DNA from: Gammaproteobacteria bacterium
GTDB lineage: Bacteria; Pseudomonadota; Gammaproteobacteria; UBA9214
Assembly: GCA_022340485.1 (NCBI GenBank)
Contig: JAJDNX010000035.1
Location: forward strand, 5,985 to 69,984
Direction of reading: 5' to 3'
Length of the DNA stretch: 64,000 nt
The stretch's first letter is position 1. Each line of letters begins with the position of its first letter. Of this stretch, positions 23,909 through 33,419 are shown one piece after another. The position numbers and the translations under genes were made by a program. The notes under the pieces were generated by a model, which saw nothing but the letters and a program-made list of their open reading frames with translations, was not told the DNA's origin and made no database searches.

Positions 23909-24796
23909 TCAACTCCAGTTGACGGTCTGTGCGTCGAATACCGGACCGTCAACACAGACACGTTTCATTGCGGGCCCGGTGGGTGTGCTAATTTCCACGG
24001 TACAGCCCGCACACCCGCCCACGCCACAAGCCATGAACTCCTCCAGAGATACCTGGCAGGGTAGGTCGTAGTCGTGAGCTAGCGCCGTGACTGCTGCCAG
24101 CATCGGATGCGGCCCACAGGCAAACACACTGACTTCAGCTCGTTGTGATTCAAATAGTGCATCCAGCCAGTGCCTTGCAAGATCTGTAATATAACCATGA
24201 TGACAGCCAGGGTATCCCTGCAGGCTTGTCAGGCGGCTGGGGATGCTCCAGTCTTCGAGCAGCGGCATGGAGGCAATGACTCCATTCGGCATGCCGGGTA
24301 ATAGAAAATTCGACGGCCTTGCTGTAAACGGAAAGGGCACCTCTGAACCCATAAATACAACGGGTTGCCAGTGCTTGTCCGTTCGCAAGCTGTCGGCAAG
24401 AAAGATCATGGGTGGAATGCCCACACCCCCACCAAGTAACAGCGTGCGTGGCCGCGCCTTTTCTAGCGTAAACGGTCTGCCTATCGGTCCCAGCACGCTG
24501 AGGGACTCGCCGGGTGAACGCCGACTCAAGGCGTGCGTGCCAATGCCAACCGTCTTGTAGAGAAATTCCACCCAGCCTGCCTCGACATCAGTACGCATGA
24601 TGGACAATGGCCGGCGCAGGGGTAGGGCAGGATCGCACTGTAGGTGCGCAAAACTGCCAGGCAAGGCGCAAGTGGCGCATTTCGGTGCATGCAGTCTCAG
24701 TACATACTGGTCGCCGGGAAAACTGTCGTGACGCAGGATCTTCGCGTTTTCGAGAAATATCGTGTCGCGATGTGTGTGTGGCCTTGGGTCGGACAT
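23909..24796 (-). CDS. PyrK-like FAD/NAD(P)-binding oxidoreductase with C-terminal [2Fe-2S] motif
   Basis: RPLSI FAD-binding motif, GGGVGIPP NAD-binding motif, C-terminal CGVGGCAGC...VCVDGP cysteine cluster. 2-nt gap to pyrC' start. Confidence 0.75.
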   Translation of the reverse strand: MSDPRPHTHRDTIFLENAKILRHDSFPGDQYVLRLHAPKCATCALPGSFAHLQCDPALPLRRPLSIMRTDVEAGWVEFLYKTVGIGTHALSRRSPGESLSVLGPIGRPFTLEKARPRTLLLGGGVGIPPMIFLADSLRTDKHWQPVVFMGSEVPFPFTARPSNFLLPGMPNGVIASMPLLEDWSIPSRLTSLQGYPGCHHGYITDLARHWLDALFESQRAEVSVFACGPHPMLAAVTALAHDYDLPCQVSLEEFMACGVGGCAGCTVEISTPTGPAMKRVCVDGPVFDAQTVNWS

Positions 24797-24798
24797 AA

Positions 24799-26097
24799 TC
24801 AGTTCAGAGTGTATACAAGTTTTCCTGACAGCAGTGTGTGTGTAACCCGCCCTTTCATTTCCCAGCCCATAAACGGTGTATTCAGACCATGGCTCCGCAT
24901 TGTGCGGTTATCAAGCTGCCAGATGGCTAAGGGATCAAAGATACAGATGTCTGCCTCTGCATCGATCGACAGTGTGCCGTAGGGCAATCCAAGTATCTTC
25001 GCCGGCCCTGCAGTCAAGAGATAGATGAGATCGATGAGTTCCAGGGAATGCTCATCAACCAGCCGCAGACTTAGAGGCAGCAGTGTGTCTAGTCCCGAAA
25101 TGCCCGGTTCGGTGGCGGGAAACGGACCCAGTTTCGCATTGGGTTCGTGTGGCTGATGGTCTGAACAGATGGCTGATGCTATGCCCTGTTGCAAGGCCTC
25201 CCGTAACTGCTGCCGGTCTTCGACTGTGCGCAACGGGGGAATTAGATGGCAGAGGCTGTCAAAACCACTGATATCTACTTCAGAGAGATATAGATAAGGG
25301 ATGGCAACGTCTGCTGTTACCGGGATCCCGTCATATTGCGCGCGTGCGATCATTCTTGCGGCGCGACCGGTTGTCAGTCTGCAGAAATGTGCGCGTACGC
25401 CGGTTTGTTCGATCAATGCCAGGTCACGCGCGACGGCAGCGGTTTCTGCGGCTTCAGGTATACCGGGCAGGCCAAGACGAGTTGCAACCCTGCCCTCATG
25501 TACGCACCCTCCGTTTGCCAGCCAGTGATCATTGGGATACAGGAATACGGTAAGGTCAAAGGTGGCGGCATACTCCATTGCGCGTCGCAGTATCAACGGG
25601 TTGAGCAGCGGCTTCAGGGCATTGCTGACACCAACACAGCCGGCCTTGCGCAGTGCAGCCATTTCACTCAATTGCTCCCCGAGAAGGGACTGGGTGAGGG
25701 CACCCAGTGTAACTACCCGGGTATTTCCGGCAGCTTCAGCACGCAGTCGGATGAACTCGGTAACAGCTGGTGTGTCGATAACAGGATGAGTATCCGGCGG
25801 GCAACAAAGTGTAGTTATGCCTGCACTGGCAGCGGCGAGTGTTTCTGTAGCAATTGTGGCCTTCTGTTCCTGGCCCGGTTCTCTGAGACGGGCACTGACG
25901 TCTACCAACCCCGGACAGACGATGCGATGGTGGGCATCAATTTCCATATCAGCCTGAAAGTCTTGCGGCGCCTTGTCTAAGGCGATTACTTTGCCGTCTG
26001 CAATATAAACGTTCTGGACCCTGTCAACTTTGTTGGCCGGGTCAATTACCCGGCCTCCGCTGATCTGAATCCTTTGCGCTTTGTCATGTGCGTACAT
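24799..26097 (-). CDS. pyrC': dihydroorotase-like, probably non-catalytic PyrC'
   Basis: Amidohydrolase fold (PGLVDVSARLREPG), but the metal-binding HxH is replaced by S-A-R (DVSARL versus DVHVHL). Located directly downstream of pyrB as in Pseudomonas. Start taken at MYAHDK. Confidence 0.8.
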   Translation of the reverse strand: MYAHDKAQRIQISGGRVIDPANKVDRVQNVYIADGKVIALDKAPQDFQADMEIDAHHRIVCPGLVDVSARLREPGQEQKATIATETLAAASAGITTLCCPPDTHPVIDTPAVTEFIRLRAEAAGNTRVVTLGALTQSLLGEQLSEMAALRKAGCVGVSNALKPLLNPLILRRAMEYAATFDLTVFLYPNDHWLANGGCVHEGRVATRLGLPGIPEAAETAAVARDLALIEQTGVRAHFCRLTTGRAARMIARAQYDGIPVTADVAIPYLYLSEVDISGFDSLCHLIPPLRTVEDRQQLREALQQGIASAICSDHQPHEPNAKLGPFPATEPGISGLDTLLPLSLRLVDEHSLELIDLIYLLTAGPAKILGLPYGTLSIDAEADICIFDPLAIWQLDNRTMRSHGLNTPFMGWEMKGRVTHTLLSGKLVYTLN

Positions 26098-26101
26098 AAG
26101 G

Positions 26102-27076
26102 CTAGCCTGGGGTGACTTCTTTACGTGCCATGGCCATCGACATGACTGCCATCCGCACTGCAATGCCGTGAGTAACCTGTTCAAGGATTACGGAGCGCGG
26201 ACCGTCGGCTACCTCGGAGTCCATTTCAACTCCACGGTTAATGGGCCCTGGATGCATTACAGTGACGTCCGGACTGGCATGGCCGAGCTTTTTTTCTGTT
26301 AGTCCGAATAGCTCGAAATACTCGTGCTCGCTGGGTAGAAAAGCACCTTGCATGCGTTCCCTCTGCAATCGCAGCATGATAATAACGTCCACGTCCTTTA
26401 TGCCGGCCTGAAGGTTATGGTAAACCTGAGCGCCCAGTGATTTGGCGTCTGCAGGAAGCAGTGTTTTCGGTGCGACAATCCGGACTTCACCGGTGTTAAG
26501 AGTGTTCAGTGCATGAATCTGGGAACGTGCCACACGCGAGTGCAGGATATCACCTACAATCGCAACACGCAGTGAACCAAAGTCCGCTCCCTTAACGCGA
26601 CGTATGGTAAACATATCGAGCATTGCCTGTGTCGGGTGCGAATGCCAGCCATCACCGGCATTGATGACACTGGTATGCGCTGCTGCATTGGCTGCAATGA
26701 AGTGAGCAGCGCCGCTGTCAGCATGCCGAACAATAAACATGTCAACGTGCATGGCTTCAAGGTTGCGCAGTGTGTCAAGCAGGGTTTCACCCTTAACGGT
26801 ACTGGACTGTGTGATGTTAATATTCAGGACGTCGGCTGACAGTCGCTTCGCCGCCAGTTCAAATGTGGTGCGGGTACGTGTGCTGGCCTCAAAGAAGAGA
26901 TTAACGATGGTTTTACCACGCAACAGCGGCACTTTTTTAACAGTTTGTTCTGTTACGCCGGCAAAGGATTCTGCCGTATCGAGTATCTCGGTGAGTAAGT
27001 GGTGATTCAGCCCGTCTATCGACAGAAAATGACGCAATCGCCCGTTTTTGTCTAGTTGCAGGGTGTTACCGCTCAT
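26102..27076 (-). CDS. pyrB: aspartate carbamoyltransferase catalytic subunit
   Basis: STRTR and HPTQ motifs. 324 aa. Confidence 0.93.
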   Translation of the reverse strand: MSGNTLQLDKNGRLRHFLSIDGLNHHLLTEILDTAESFAGVTEQTVKKVPLLRGKTIVNLFFEASTRTRTTFELAAKRLSADVLNINITQSSTVKGETLLDTLRNLEAMHVDMFIVRHADSGAAHFIAANAAAHTSVINAGDGWHSHPTQAMLDMFTIRRVKGADFGSLRVAIVGDILHSRVARSQIHALNTLNTGEVRIVAPKTLLPADAKSLGAQVYHNLQAGIKDVDVIIMLRLQRERMQGAFLPSEHEYFELFGLTEKKLGHASPDVTVMHPGPINRGVEMDSEVADGPRSVILEQVTHGIAVRMAVMSMAMARKEVTPG

Positions 27077-27579
27077 GCTGTTCTTTTGATTTCCAGTGTC
27101 AATGGGTCCGGGCCCGATAGCTTTATGTGTTCGCCGGGCCTTAACTCCACGTGACGGCCAACAATATTTGCCTGTATGGGTAATTCACGCCCGCTGCGTT
27201 CAATCAGTGTCACTAGCATGATGGACGCAGGGCGACCGTAGTCGAATAATTCGTTCAGAGCAGCACGGATGGTACGACCGGTATGGAGTACGTCATCGAC
27301 GAGGATGATGTGGCGGTTATCAATGCTGCAGGGCAGCTGCGAGGGACGTACAACAGGATTCATCCCGATGCGAGTGAAGTCGTCCCGGTAAAAGGAGATA
27401 TCCAGGCTGCCAAGAGGTTCCTTAATATTCAAAAGCTGGTGTAGTTGTTCGGCAACCCACACACCACCAGTATGGATGCCAACCATGGCGGGGTTGCTTT
27501 TCCCGGTACGTGCAATCTCTTCAGATAGTTGCTCTGCCATGTCAGCTATGATGCCTGAAATGTTCCCGAATTCATTCAT
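27073..27579 (-). CDS. pyrR: bifunctional pyrimidine operon regulator/uracil phosphoribosyltransferase
   Basis: 168 aa, PRTase motif [12 protein letters not shown]. Confidence 0.9.
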   Translation of the reverse strand: MNEFGNISGIIADMAEQLSEEIARTGKSNPAMVGIHTGGVWVAEQLHQLLNIKEPLGSLDISFYRDDFTRIGMNPVVRPSQLPCSIDNRHIILVDDVLHTGRTIRAALNELFDYGRPASIMLVTLIERSGRELPIQANIVGRHVELRPGEHIKLSGPDPLTLEIKRTA

Positions 27580-27582
27580 ATG

Positions 27583-27975
27583 TTATGTTCCCAGCCAGTC
27601 CTGCAGGATAACCATAGCAGCGATTGCGTCAGCTCCCTGCTTGCTGGCAGATTGCTCCAGATGCTGTTTCGCAGCGTGTGTGCTGAGTCTTTCGTCCATG
27701 GTGTATACCGGGAGCCTGTAACGCCCATGCAATTGTTGCGTAAATTTTCGTGCAGCCTTGCTTATGTCCGAATCACTGCCATCGTCGTGCAGAGGCAGAC
27801 CAACGACCAGTGCATCGGGTTTCCAGTGCTTGATTAACTCGGATATCCTGTCCCAGTCAGGTTTTCCATGGCGGGACTTGATTGTACACAGGGCCGTTGC
27901 GGTTCGGGTAATACTTTGTCCTATGGCGATCCCGATGCGCTGTGTGCCAAAATCGAAGCCCAGCAAGGTTTGCAA
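27583..27975 (-). CDS. ruvX: Holliday junction resolvase-like YqgF/RuvX
   Basis: LGFDFGTQRIGIAIG N-terminus. 130 aa. Confidence 0.88.
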   Translation of the reverse strand: MQTLLGFDFGTQRIGIAIGQSITRTATALCTIKSRHGKPDWDRISELIKHWKPDALVVGLPLHDDGSDSDISKAARKFTQQLHGRYRLPVYTMDERLSTHAAKQHLEQSASKQGADAIAAMVILQDWLGT

Positions 27976-28025
27976 GCCTAGTTGCCCTGCCTCGCTATGA
28001 GGTATGGATTGCAGTTGTCATTCAT

Positions 28026-28589
28026 TCATGCATGTCCGATATCGCTGGATAACAGATTCAGATCGACACCGATCGATGCGGCCGCTGCCGTCCAGCGATT
28101 CTCACTTGGGGTATCGAATAAAATATTTGAGCTTGCAGGGCCACTTAACCATGTGTTGGCAGCGAGTTCCTGCTCCAGTTGGCCTGCTCCCCAGCCGGCA
28201 TAGCCCAGGGTGATGATCGCCTTTTCCGGGCCCTCACCGGCAGCCATTGCCTGGAGTATGTCGCGCGAAGAGGTGATTCCAATCTTGTCGGTAACCTTGA
28301 GTGTCGCTTCCCAGTTTCCGGAGGGTTGGTGCAATACAAAGCCCCGGTCACTCTGCACGGGCCCGCCCATGTAAACAGGCAGTGACGATATCGCATCACT
28401 GCTGGGTACAATATCCATATGCTTTAATATCTCAGCCAGGTGCATATTCAGCGGACGATTGATAACAATCCCCAGCGCGCCGTTCTCGTCATGTTCGCAG
28501 ATGTAGGTTGTAGTATGGTGAAAATTAGGGTCGTCAAGTGCCGGCATGGCGATGAGAAAATGATTACTTAGAGAGTGTGCAATGCTCAT
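28026..28589 (-). CDS. yqgE: UPF0301 protein YqgE/AlgH
   Basis: LSNHFLIAMPALDDPNFHHTTTYICEHDENGALGIVINRP. Start at MSIAHS. Confidence 0.85.
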   Translation of the reverse strand: MSIAHSLSNHFLIAMPALDDPNFHHTTTYICEHDENGALGIVINRPLNMHLAEILKHMDIVPSSDAISSLPVYMGGPVQSDRGFVLHQPSGNWEATLKVTDKIGITSSRDILQAMAAGEGPEKAIITLGYAGWGAGQLEQELAANTWLSGPASSNILFDTPSENRWTAAAASIGVDLNLLSSDIGHA

Positions 28590-28643
28590 GACTACAGTAT
28601 CAGCCAGACGGCCGGTAACCTTCAAGTCCTTCCGTGGATATGG

Positions 28644-29501
28644 CTAGTGGCTCTTCAACTGGTTGGCCGTGGAGAATTCCCAGGTTCTTGTAATGTGTAG
28701 GATATCAGCGTCTTTCATGATTTCAGAAGGAAACGGAGCGAAGGGGGCAGCCAGATTGACAATACGAACCGCTGCCTCATCAATCACCGTGTGTCCGGAG
28801 GGGCGCAAGATGTTGATGTTGCGTACAGTTCCATCGGCGTTCATGGTGACATCCATGATCAGTTTGCCTGACAGACCTTCCCGGCGCGCATCGTCCGGGT
28901 AATTCAGGTTGCCAACGCGCTCAACCTTTTTAACCCATTCATTCATGTAGTTGGCGTATTTGAATTCCTGAGTGCGTGCCGAGACATAGATGTGGCGAGG
29001 GCGCTGAGCATAGGCCTGCATGGATTCATTCAGTTGCTCATTCAGGTTGACCATTTCCTTGCTGCGTTCAATCAGGTCGATGGCTGTAATATCCGGTTTC
29101 TTGGTATCAGGATTTACCTTCTCCTCCTGGTGATGTTTTATCTCAGCTGCGTCCGTAGTAATAACTTGTGCAGGTGTAGGTGTCGCCTGTTGTGGTTTGA
29201 CGGCGGGCGCCTGTTCAGGGATTGCCTGTGTCGGCCTGACTTTTTCACTGGTATTTCCGCCTCCCTCCTGGCTCGATTGTGCCAGGTAGTCCGCCTCATC
29301 CGGTGCTGGCGTGCGACGATTGGACACAGTGATATCCAGTGTCGGCAGGATATTTTCAGGTGCCGGATCATCATGCAAACCAAAGGTTATGCCCAGGATA
29401 ATCATCGCATGAAATACGACAGCAAAAAACAGTGTCAAGGCCATGCGATCAATTGCCGTGACGGGAGACTTGTCGAGTATCGGTGTGTCTAGATTTTGCA
29501 T
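28644..29501 (-). CDS. tonB: TonB family protein (TonB3-like position next to yqgE)
   Basis: N-terminal TM, Pro/Ala/Gln-rich spacer, C-terminal TonB domain (GLSGKLIMDVTMNADGTVRNINILRPSGHTVIDEAA). Confidence 0.8.
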   Translation of the reverse strand: MQNLDTPILDKSPVTAIDRMALTLFFAVVFHAMIILGITFGLHDDPAPENILPTLDITVSNRRTPAPDEADYLAQSSQEGGGNTSEKVRPTQAIPEQAPAVKPQQATPTPAQVITTDAAEIKHHQEEKVNPDTKKPDITAIDLIERSKEMVNLNEQLNESMQAYAQRPRHIYVSARTQEFKYANYMNEWVKKVERVGNLNYPDDARREGLSGKLIMDVTMNADGTVRNINILRPSGHTVIDEAAVRIVNLAAPFAPFPSEIMKDADILHITRTWEFSTANQLKSH

Positions 29502-30010
29502 GGAGTGTTTTCACTGCACATTGTGCGTGCAATTATACCGCTGATAATTCCAAACAATAGTGCAGCTGTTAACAGGACAGGAAACAAGTGCCAGATAGCT
29601 GCATTTGGGATAAATATCAGCCATGCCAGCAAAAATTGCCCTGTCATGTGGGCAAGGGCGGCCAGCACACTGTAGCCAATTGCACCAAATCCCTCTCCCG
29701 GGAGTCGGCGGGCAAACCATAGTATTAGTACACTACATGCAGCTCCAGCCATGCTGAGGATAAAAGCTGGTGACAGAAAGGTCCCCAGTAGAAGGCTGCC
29801 GCAGATAACACGAAGCAGGCTCACCCAGGCTGCTGAGCGCCAGCCGAATTGCATTAGCACGGCAATGGTAATGACATTCGCGAGCCCCGGCTTTAGTCCT
29901 GGCAGGGGAGTGGGGATTGCACTCTCCAGTATATGTATGCTTATTGCCAGGGCAGTGAGCCCGGCAATTTGATGATCCTCGCGTGTCGTCTGTATTTGCA
30001 TTGAAACCAT
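29489..30010 (-). CDS. Gx-transporter family membrane protein (PF07456-like; EetB-like)
   Basis: About 170 aa, 5 TM. N-terminal ILESAIPTPLPGLKPGLANVITI plus SMAGAACS and AALAHMTGQ motifs, which I recognise as Gx family. 13-nt overlap with the tonB start. Confidence 0.6.
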   Translation of the reverse strand: MVSMQIQTTREDHQIAGLTALAISIHILESAIPTPLPGLKPGLANVITIAVLMQFGWRSAAWVSLLRVICGSLLLGTFLSPAFILSMAGAACSVLILWFARRLPGEGFGAIGYSVLAALAHMTGQFLLAWLIFIPNAAIWHLFPVLLTAALLFGIISGIIARTMCSENTPCKI

Positions 30011-30042
30011 GGCTTGCTTCGCATTCAACGCTATTCTAACTG

Positions 30043-30462
30043 TTACCAGCAATTGTTCCGCAGATACCTTGCATGCTCCTTGAAGGCGTCACGTCCCCTG
30101 GAAGCCTTGAGCAACACCCTGTTGTTGGCACAAGCGGCACGTCTCGCTGCTCTTTGACGATCTCTCTGCATTCTTGAGGTCTGTGCACGGCGCTGCTGTT
30201 GTCTCTGTCGGTGTTCAATTTCCGTGATCCGGTCTCGTTCACCCGGACGCAATCCACCCTCTCTTTGCACCCGTTTTGGTTCCTGTTTCAGGGTGATTGA
30301 TCTGATAGTAACGGTGTCGGGTGGCTTGTCACCATAGTGTATCTGACCCTGCTTGTCAGTCCATTGATAGGCGGTTTCAGTCGCGTTGGCCATGGCTGTC
30401 AGAATCAGGTTCAGGAGAGACAACATGGCCAGGATCTGCTTCGAAGGAGTCTTCTTTTTCAT
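30043..30462 (-). CDS. secreted DUF4124-domain protein with Arg/Gln-rich C-terminus
   Basis: Signal peptide. AYQWTDKQGQIHYGDKPP (DUF4124). Paralogue of the N-terminal domain of 14027..15052. Confidence 0.65.
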   Translation of the reverse strand: MKKKTPSKQILAMLSLLNLILTAMANATETAYQWTDKQGQIHYGDKPPDTVTIRSITLKQEPKRVQREGGLRPGERDRITEIEHRQRQQQRRAQTSRMQRDRQRAARRAACANNRVLLKASRGRDAFKEHARYLRNNCW

Positions 30463-30733
30463 TGTAATTTAACAAAATATTTCTTCACTACTCTGAATGG
30501 AGTGTTAAACAGTCGCTCTACAAGCTACTCATATTGTGGTCCTCGGACTAGGGGTTAGGTCGCATCTGGCGATAGGAATGATCCGGATCAGGCAGCTAAA
30601 GTGAATGGGAGTAACGCCGATGATTTTTTCCAAGCATCAAAAAAATCAGGGTGTTAACAAGGAAACAATAAAGGGCATATGCCCGGGATAACCAGCAGGA
30701 TGAATGAACCGATTGAGACCAGGTAAGTAAAGT

Positions 30734-31135
30734 ATGGTTCAGGCTACACTGCGTTTCGGCCGCATTGGTCGTTTTTTGACTGCGCTGGTGATCTGGTTCC
30801 ATCCAGTTGCTACAGTGCAGGCAGAGGATGATTATCTCAGTATCTTGGAGGCAGAGGCCGCGGACACTGCTGTGGAGACTGATTTTGTCTCGTCGCCAGT
30901 CGGTGGAAATCAAGTTAACAACAGGTTCATGGGCACCACGGCAGACAAGGTTATTGTGCCGGGGTTGAGCTTCGAAGATTTTGAAACTGAACTGAGCACC
31001 CGTTACTCCGGCAGTCATTCCCTGTATGTGAAGCTATCCGAGAAAAAACGTAGGGAGGTCTTCGCCCATTATCAGAGTGATAACCGAATTTCATCCGTAC
31101 GCGAAGAGATAGTGCGGCTCCTGTCATCGGGTTAA
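30734..31135 (+). CDS. small secreted protein of unknown function
   Basis: 133 aa with signal peptide ending VATVQA, acidic. Upstream of the rhodanese gene with a 35-nt gap. The overlapping minus-strand ORF 30596..31018 was rejected. Confidence 0.5.
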   Translation: MVQATLRFGRIGRFLTALVIWFHPVATVQAEDDYLSILEAEAADTAVETDFVSSPVGGNQVNNRFMGTTADKVIVPGLSFEDFETELSTRYSGSHSLYVKLSEKKRREVFAHYQSDNRISSVREEIVRLLSSG

Positions 31136-31170
31136 TTACCGTAAGTCGAAATTGTAAAAGGAATATCTTT

Positions 31171-31926
31171 ATGAAACAGCCTTTAGTTAAATTATTCAAG
31201 GTCATAGCGCTAGTAACCGCTGGATTTCTTGTCAATTCAAATGCCACAGCCATTAATGTCAAACTAACCGATTACCTCGCATATATCGATGTAGACCATG
31301 GTGGTGAACAGGTCCGGGTACAGCGAATCCAGGATGTGGAACACAAACTGGATGACGGCTTTGCGAAAACATCTCGCAAATGTCCACCCTTCTGCATCCA
31401 GCCAATGAAGGTGGCTCCAGGTGTGACTACCATCGGTGAAGCTGAAATTTTCCGCTTCATGGACCGCGAACTTGCTTCTGGAACTGGATTGATTATAGAT
31501 GCACGAACTTCGTCCTGGTATCAGAAAGGGACGATTCCGGGCTCAATCAATATCCCATTTACAAATTTCACTGCGAGTGAAGAGGCACCTGAAACCATCA
31601 AGGCGCTGGAGACAACTGGTGCCGTGCGACGCGGTGAAACCAGCTGGCTAATACGAAGTTTCGAGAAGCTGATGGCCAAATTTGGATTGTTTGGTGCGGA
31701 CAAGAAAACCGATAAATGGGATTTCTCAAATGCTAAAAAACTGGTGCTATGGTGTAACGGTCCCTGGTGTGGACAGTCTCCTCGTGCAATCAAGGGGTTG
31801 CTCGAACACGGTTATCCTGCTGAAAAAATTGCCTATTACCGTGGTGGTATGCAGATGTGGAAAGTGCTCGGCCTGACCGTGGTAATCCCCGAAAATACAG
31901 AAGCTGTTGTGATGAAGTCGCGATGA
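31171..31926 (+). CDS. periplasmic rhodanese-domain sulfurtransferase-like protein
   Basis: Signal peptide. Rhodanese hallmarks GTIPGSINIP and active-site loop WCNGPWCGQSPR. Additional N-terminal ~100-aa domain with CPPFC. Confidence 0.7.
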   Translation: MKQPLVKLFKVIALVTAGFLVNSNATAINVKLTDYLAYIDVDHGGEQVRVQRIQDVEHKLDDGFAKTSRKCPPFCIQPMKVAPGVTTIGEAEIFRFMDRELASGTGLIIDARTSSWYQKGTIPGSINIPFTNFTASEEAPETIKALETTGAVRRGETSWLIRSFEKLMAKFGLFGADKKTDKWDFSNAKKLVLWCNGPWCGQSPRAIKGLLEHGYPAEKIAYYRGGMQMWKVLGLTVVIPENTEAVVMKSR

Positions 31927-32013
31927 AATGGATTGCGGGTTTTGTCCTGTAAGTGGCGGTTTTGGAACCCATTTACACAAGGCTAGTACAAATCATATAT
32001 GGGACCTACAACG

Positions 32014-32373
32014 TTAAAAATTTATTGCATCATAATGCCGGTGTTGGGCGGAGAGACTCAGACTAATACGGTTAGGCAAGCAAGCACTGAACTCGCCTGT
32101 GCTTGATAGCCAGCCACTATGTACGCAGACCTGTGATTTACACGGGGAACTGAAAAATCGCGCACGACCATCCCTGATTTCGATAACGCTCTCGCCGAGT
32201 GGACCCGCTACATGCAACATACGGTCAGGATGTAGTGTCGCGGTAAACGGATTGTGATTACCACTATGAACAACAATGAAGTCCGCTGGCTCACTAACAG
32301 ACCAGAGGTGTACATACAGAAAGGGCAGGGTACATACGATCACCAGTATCAGTATGCGGTCGGCGCGGGTCAT
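32014..32373 (-). CDS. small membrane-anchored NusG-II-like (DUF1312/EetA-like) protein
   Basis: 119 aa, N-terminal TM. C-terminal PCKSQVCVHSGW...ACLPNRISLSL matches my recollection of the stand-alone NusG_II family motifs (CPxKxC ... CLPN). 4-nt overlap with apbE. Confidence 0.55.
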   Translation of the reverse strand: MTRADRILILVIVCTLPFLYVHLWSVSEPADFIVVHSGNHNPFTATLHPDRMLHVAGPLGESVIEIRDGRARFFSSPCKSQVCVHSGWLSSTGEFSACLPNRISLSLSAQHRHYDAINF

Positions 32374-33419
32374 TGTAGTGGTGCACTCAGGATTATATTT
32401 GCCTGCATTCCAGATTCAAAATGTATGCGTGATCGCATTGCCGGATTCATGTGAATGTTTCCATGGGTGTCTATTAGCATGACATACTGTATGCCCATAT
32501 TCTGTGCCGTCGATAGCCAACCATCCGGACCGGCAACAAATAATGCGGTGGCTGCTGCATCTGCTGTGGCCGCATCGCTGTGAATTACGGTAACTGAAGC
32601 GGTATTATTTGCCGGATAGCCAGTGCGGGGGTCAATAATATGGTGATAGCGTTTACCATCTACCTCGAAAAAGCGTTCATAGTCTCCGGACGTGAAGACG
32701 CTGGCATCACCTGAGATTTCTAGGCTGGCAAGTATGCCGGATTGCCGTGGGTCTCGAATACCGATTCGCCAAGGTCGTTCACCATGCTGGCCAATAGCGC
32801 GCAAGTCACCACCGGCATTGATGATGGCATTATGGATGCCCGACTCGCGCAAACGCTCAATGGCACGGTCGATTGCATAGCCCTTGGCAAAGCCGCCCAA
32901 GTCGTAGGAGACAGACGGGTTTTGGTTGGAAATGATGTTGTCGTTGATGGTTACATCCTCGACGGTGGGGTGAAGATCAACCAGTTCTTTGATAGCCACA
33001 CTGTCGGGTAACATACCAACCGGTAGGGCGTTGTCGTGAAAGCCCCATAGCTCGACGAGGTTTCCGATGACCGGGTTGAACAAACCTGAGCTCAACCGGG
33101 ACAGCCGGTTGGCTTCCTTGAGTAACTGCAGCAGGGATGGTGTGATCGTGGTTGCTTCGAGATTTGCCAGATGGTTGTTAAGAGATACCAGTGGACCAGG
33201 TTGCCAGGCATGCCAGCGGACATGCATGTCCATAAAATCTGCTTCAATTTTCCTGCATATTGATTCGGCAAGCTGCTGTTCCACGCCGTATAGGCTGACG
33301 TCAATGAGTGTACCAAACGAAAAAAACTGGTCGTGAAAGACCCGGTCCTTATTCTGGTCGCAAGCGCTGATTGAGAGCGATAGCAGTAGACAGGCCACTC
33401 GAATGCACTGTTTTTTCAT
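32370..33419 (-). CDS. apbE: FAD:protein FMN transferase ApbE (lipoprotein)
   Basis: Lipobox LSISAC. ApbE-family length and composition. 4-nt overlap with upstream gshB. Confidence 0.8.
   Translation of the reverse strand: MKKQCIRVACLLLSLSISACDQNKDRVFHDQFFSFGTLIDVSLYGVEQQLAESICRKIEADFMDMHVRWHAWQPGPLVSLNNHLANLEATTITPSLLQLLKEANRLSRLSSGLFNPVIGNLVELWGFHDNALPVGMLPDSVAIKELVDLHPTVEDVTINDNIISNQNPSVSYDLGGFAKGYAIDRAIERLRESGIHNAIINAGGDLRAIGQHGERPWRIGIRDPRQSGILASLEISGDASVFTSGDYERFFEVDGKRYHHIIDPRTGYPANNTASVTVIHSDAATADAAATALFVAGPDGWLSTAQNMGIQYVMLIDTHGNIHMNPAMRSRIHFESGMQANIILSAPLQ

Noticed and set aside
30596-31018. 140-aa minus-strand ORF
   Set aside because: It overlaps the plus-strand ORF 30734..31135, which has a clean signal peptide and sits in an operon-like position ahead of the rhodanese gene. 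The minus ORF has no recognisable features.
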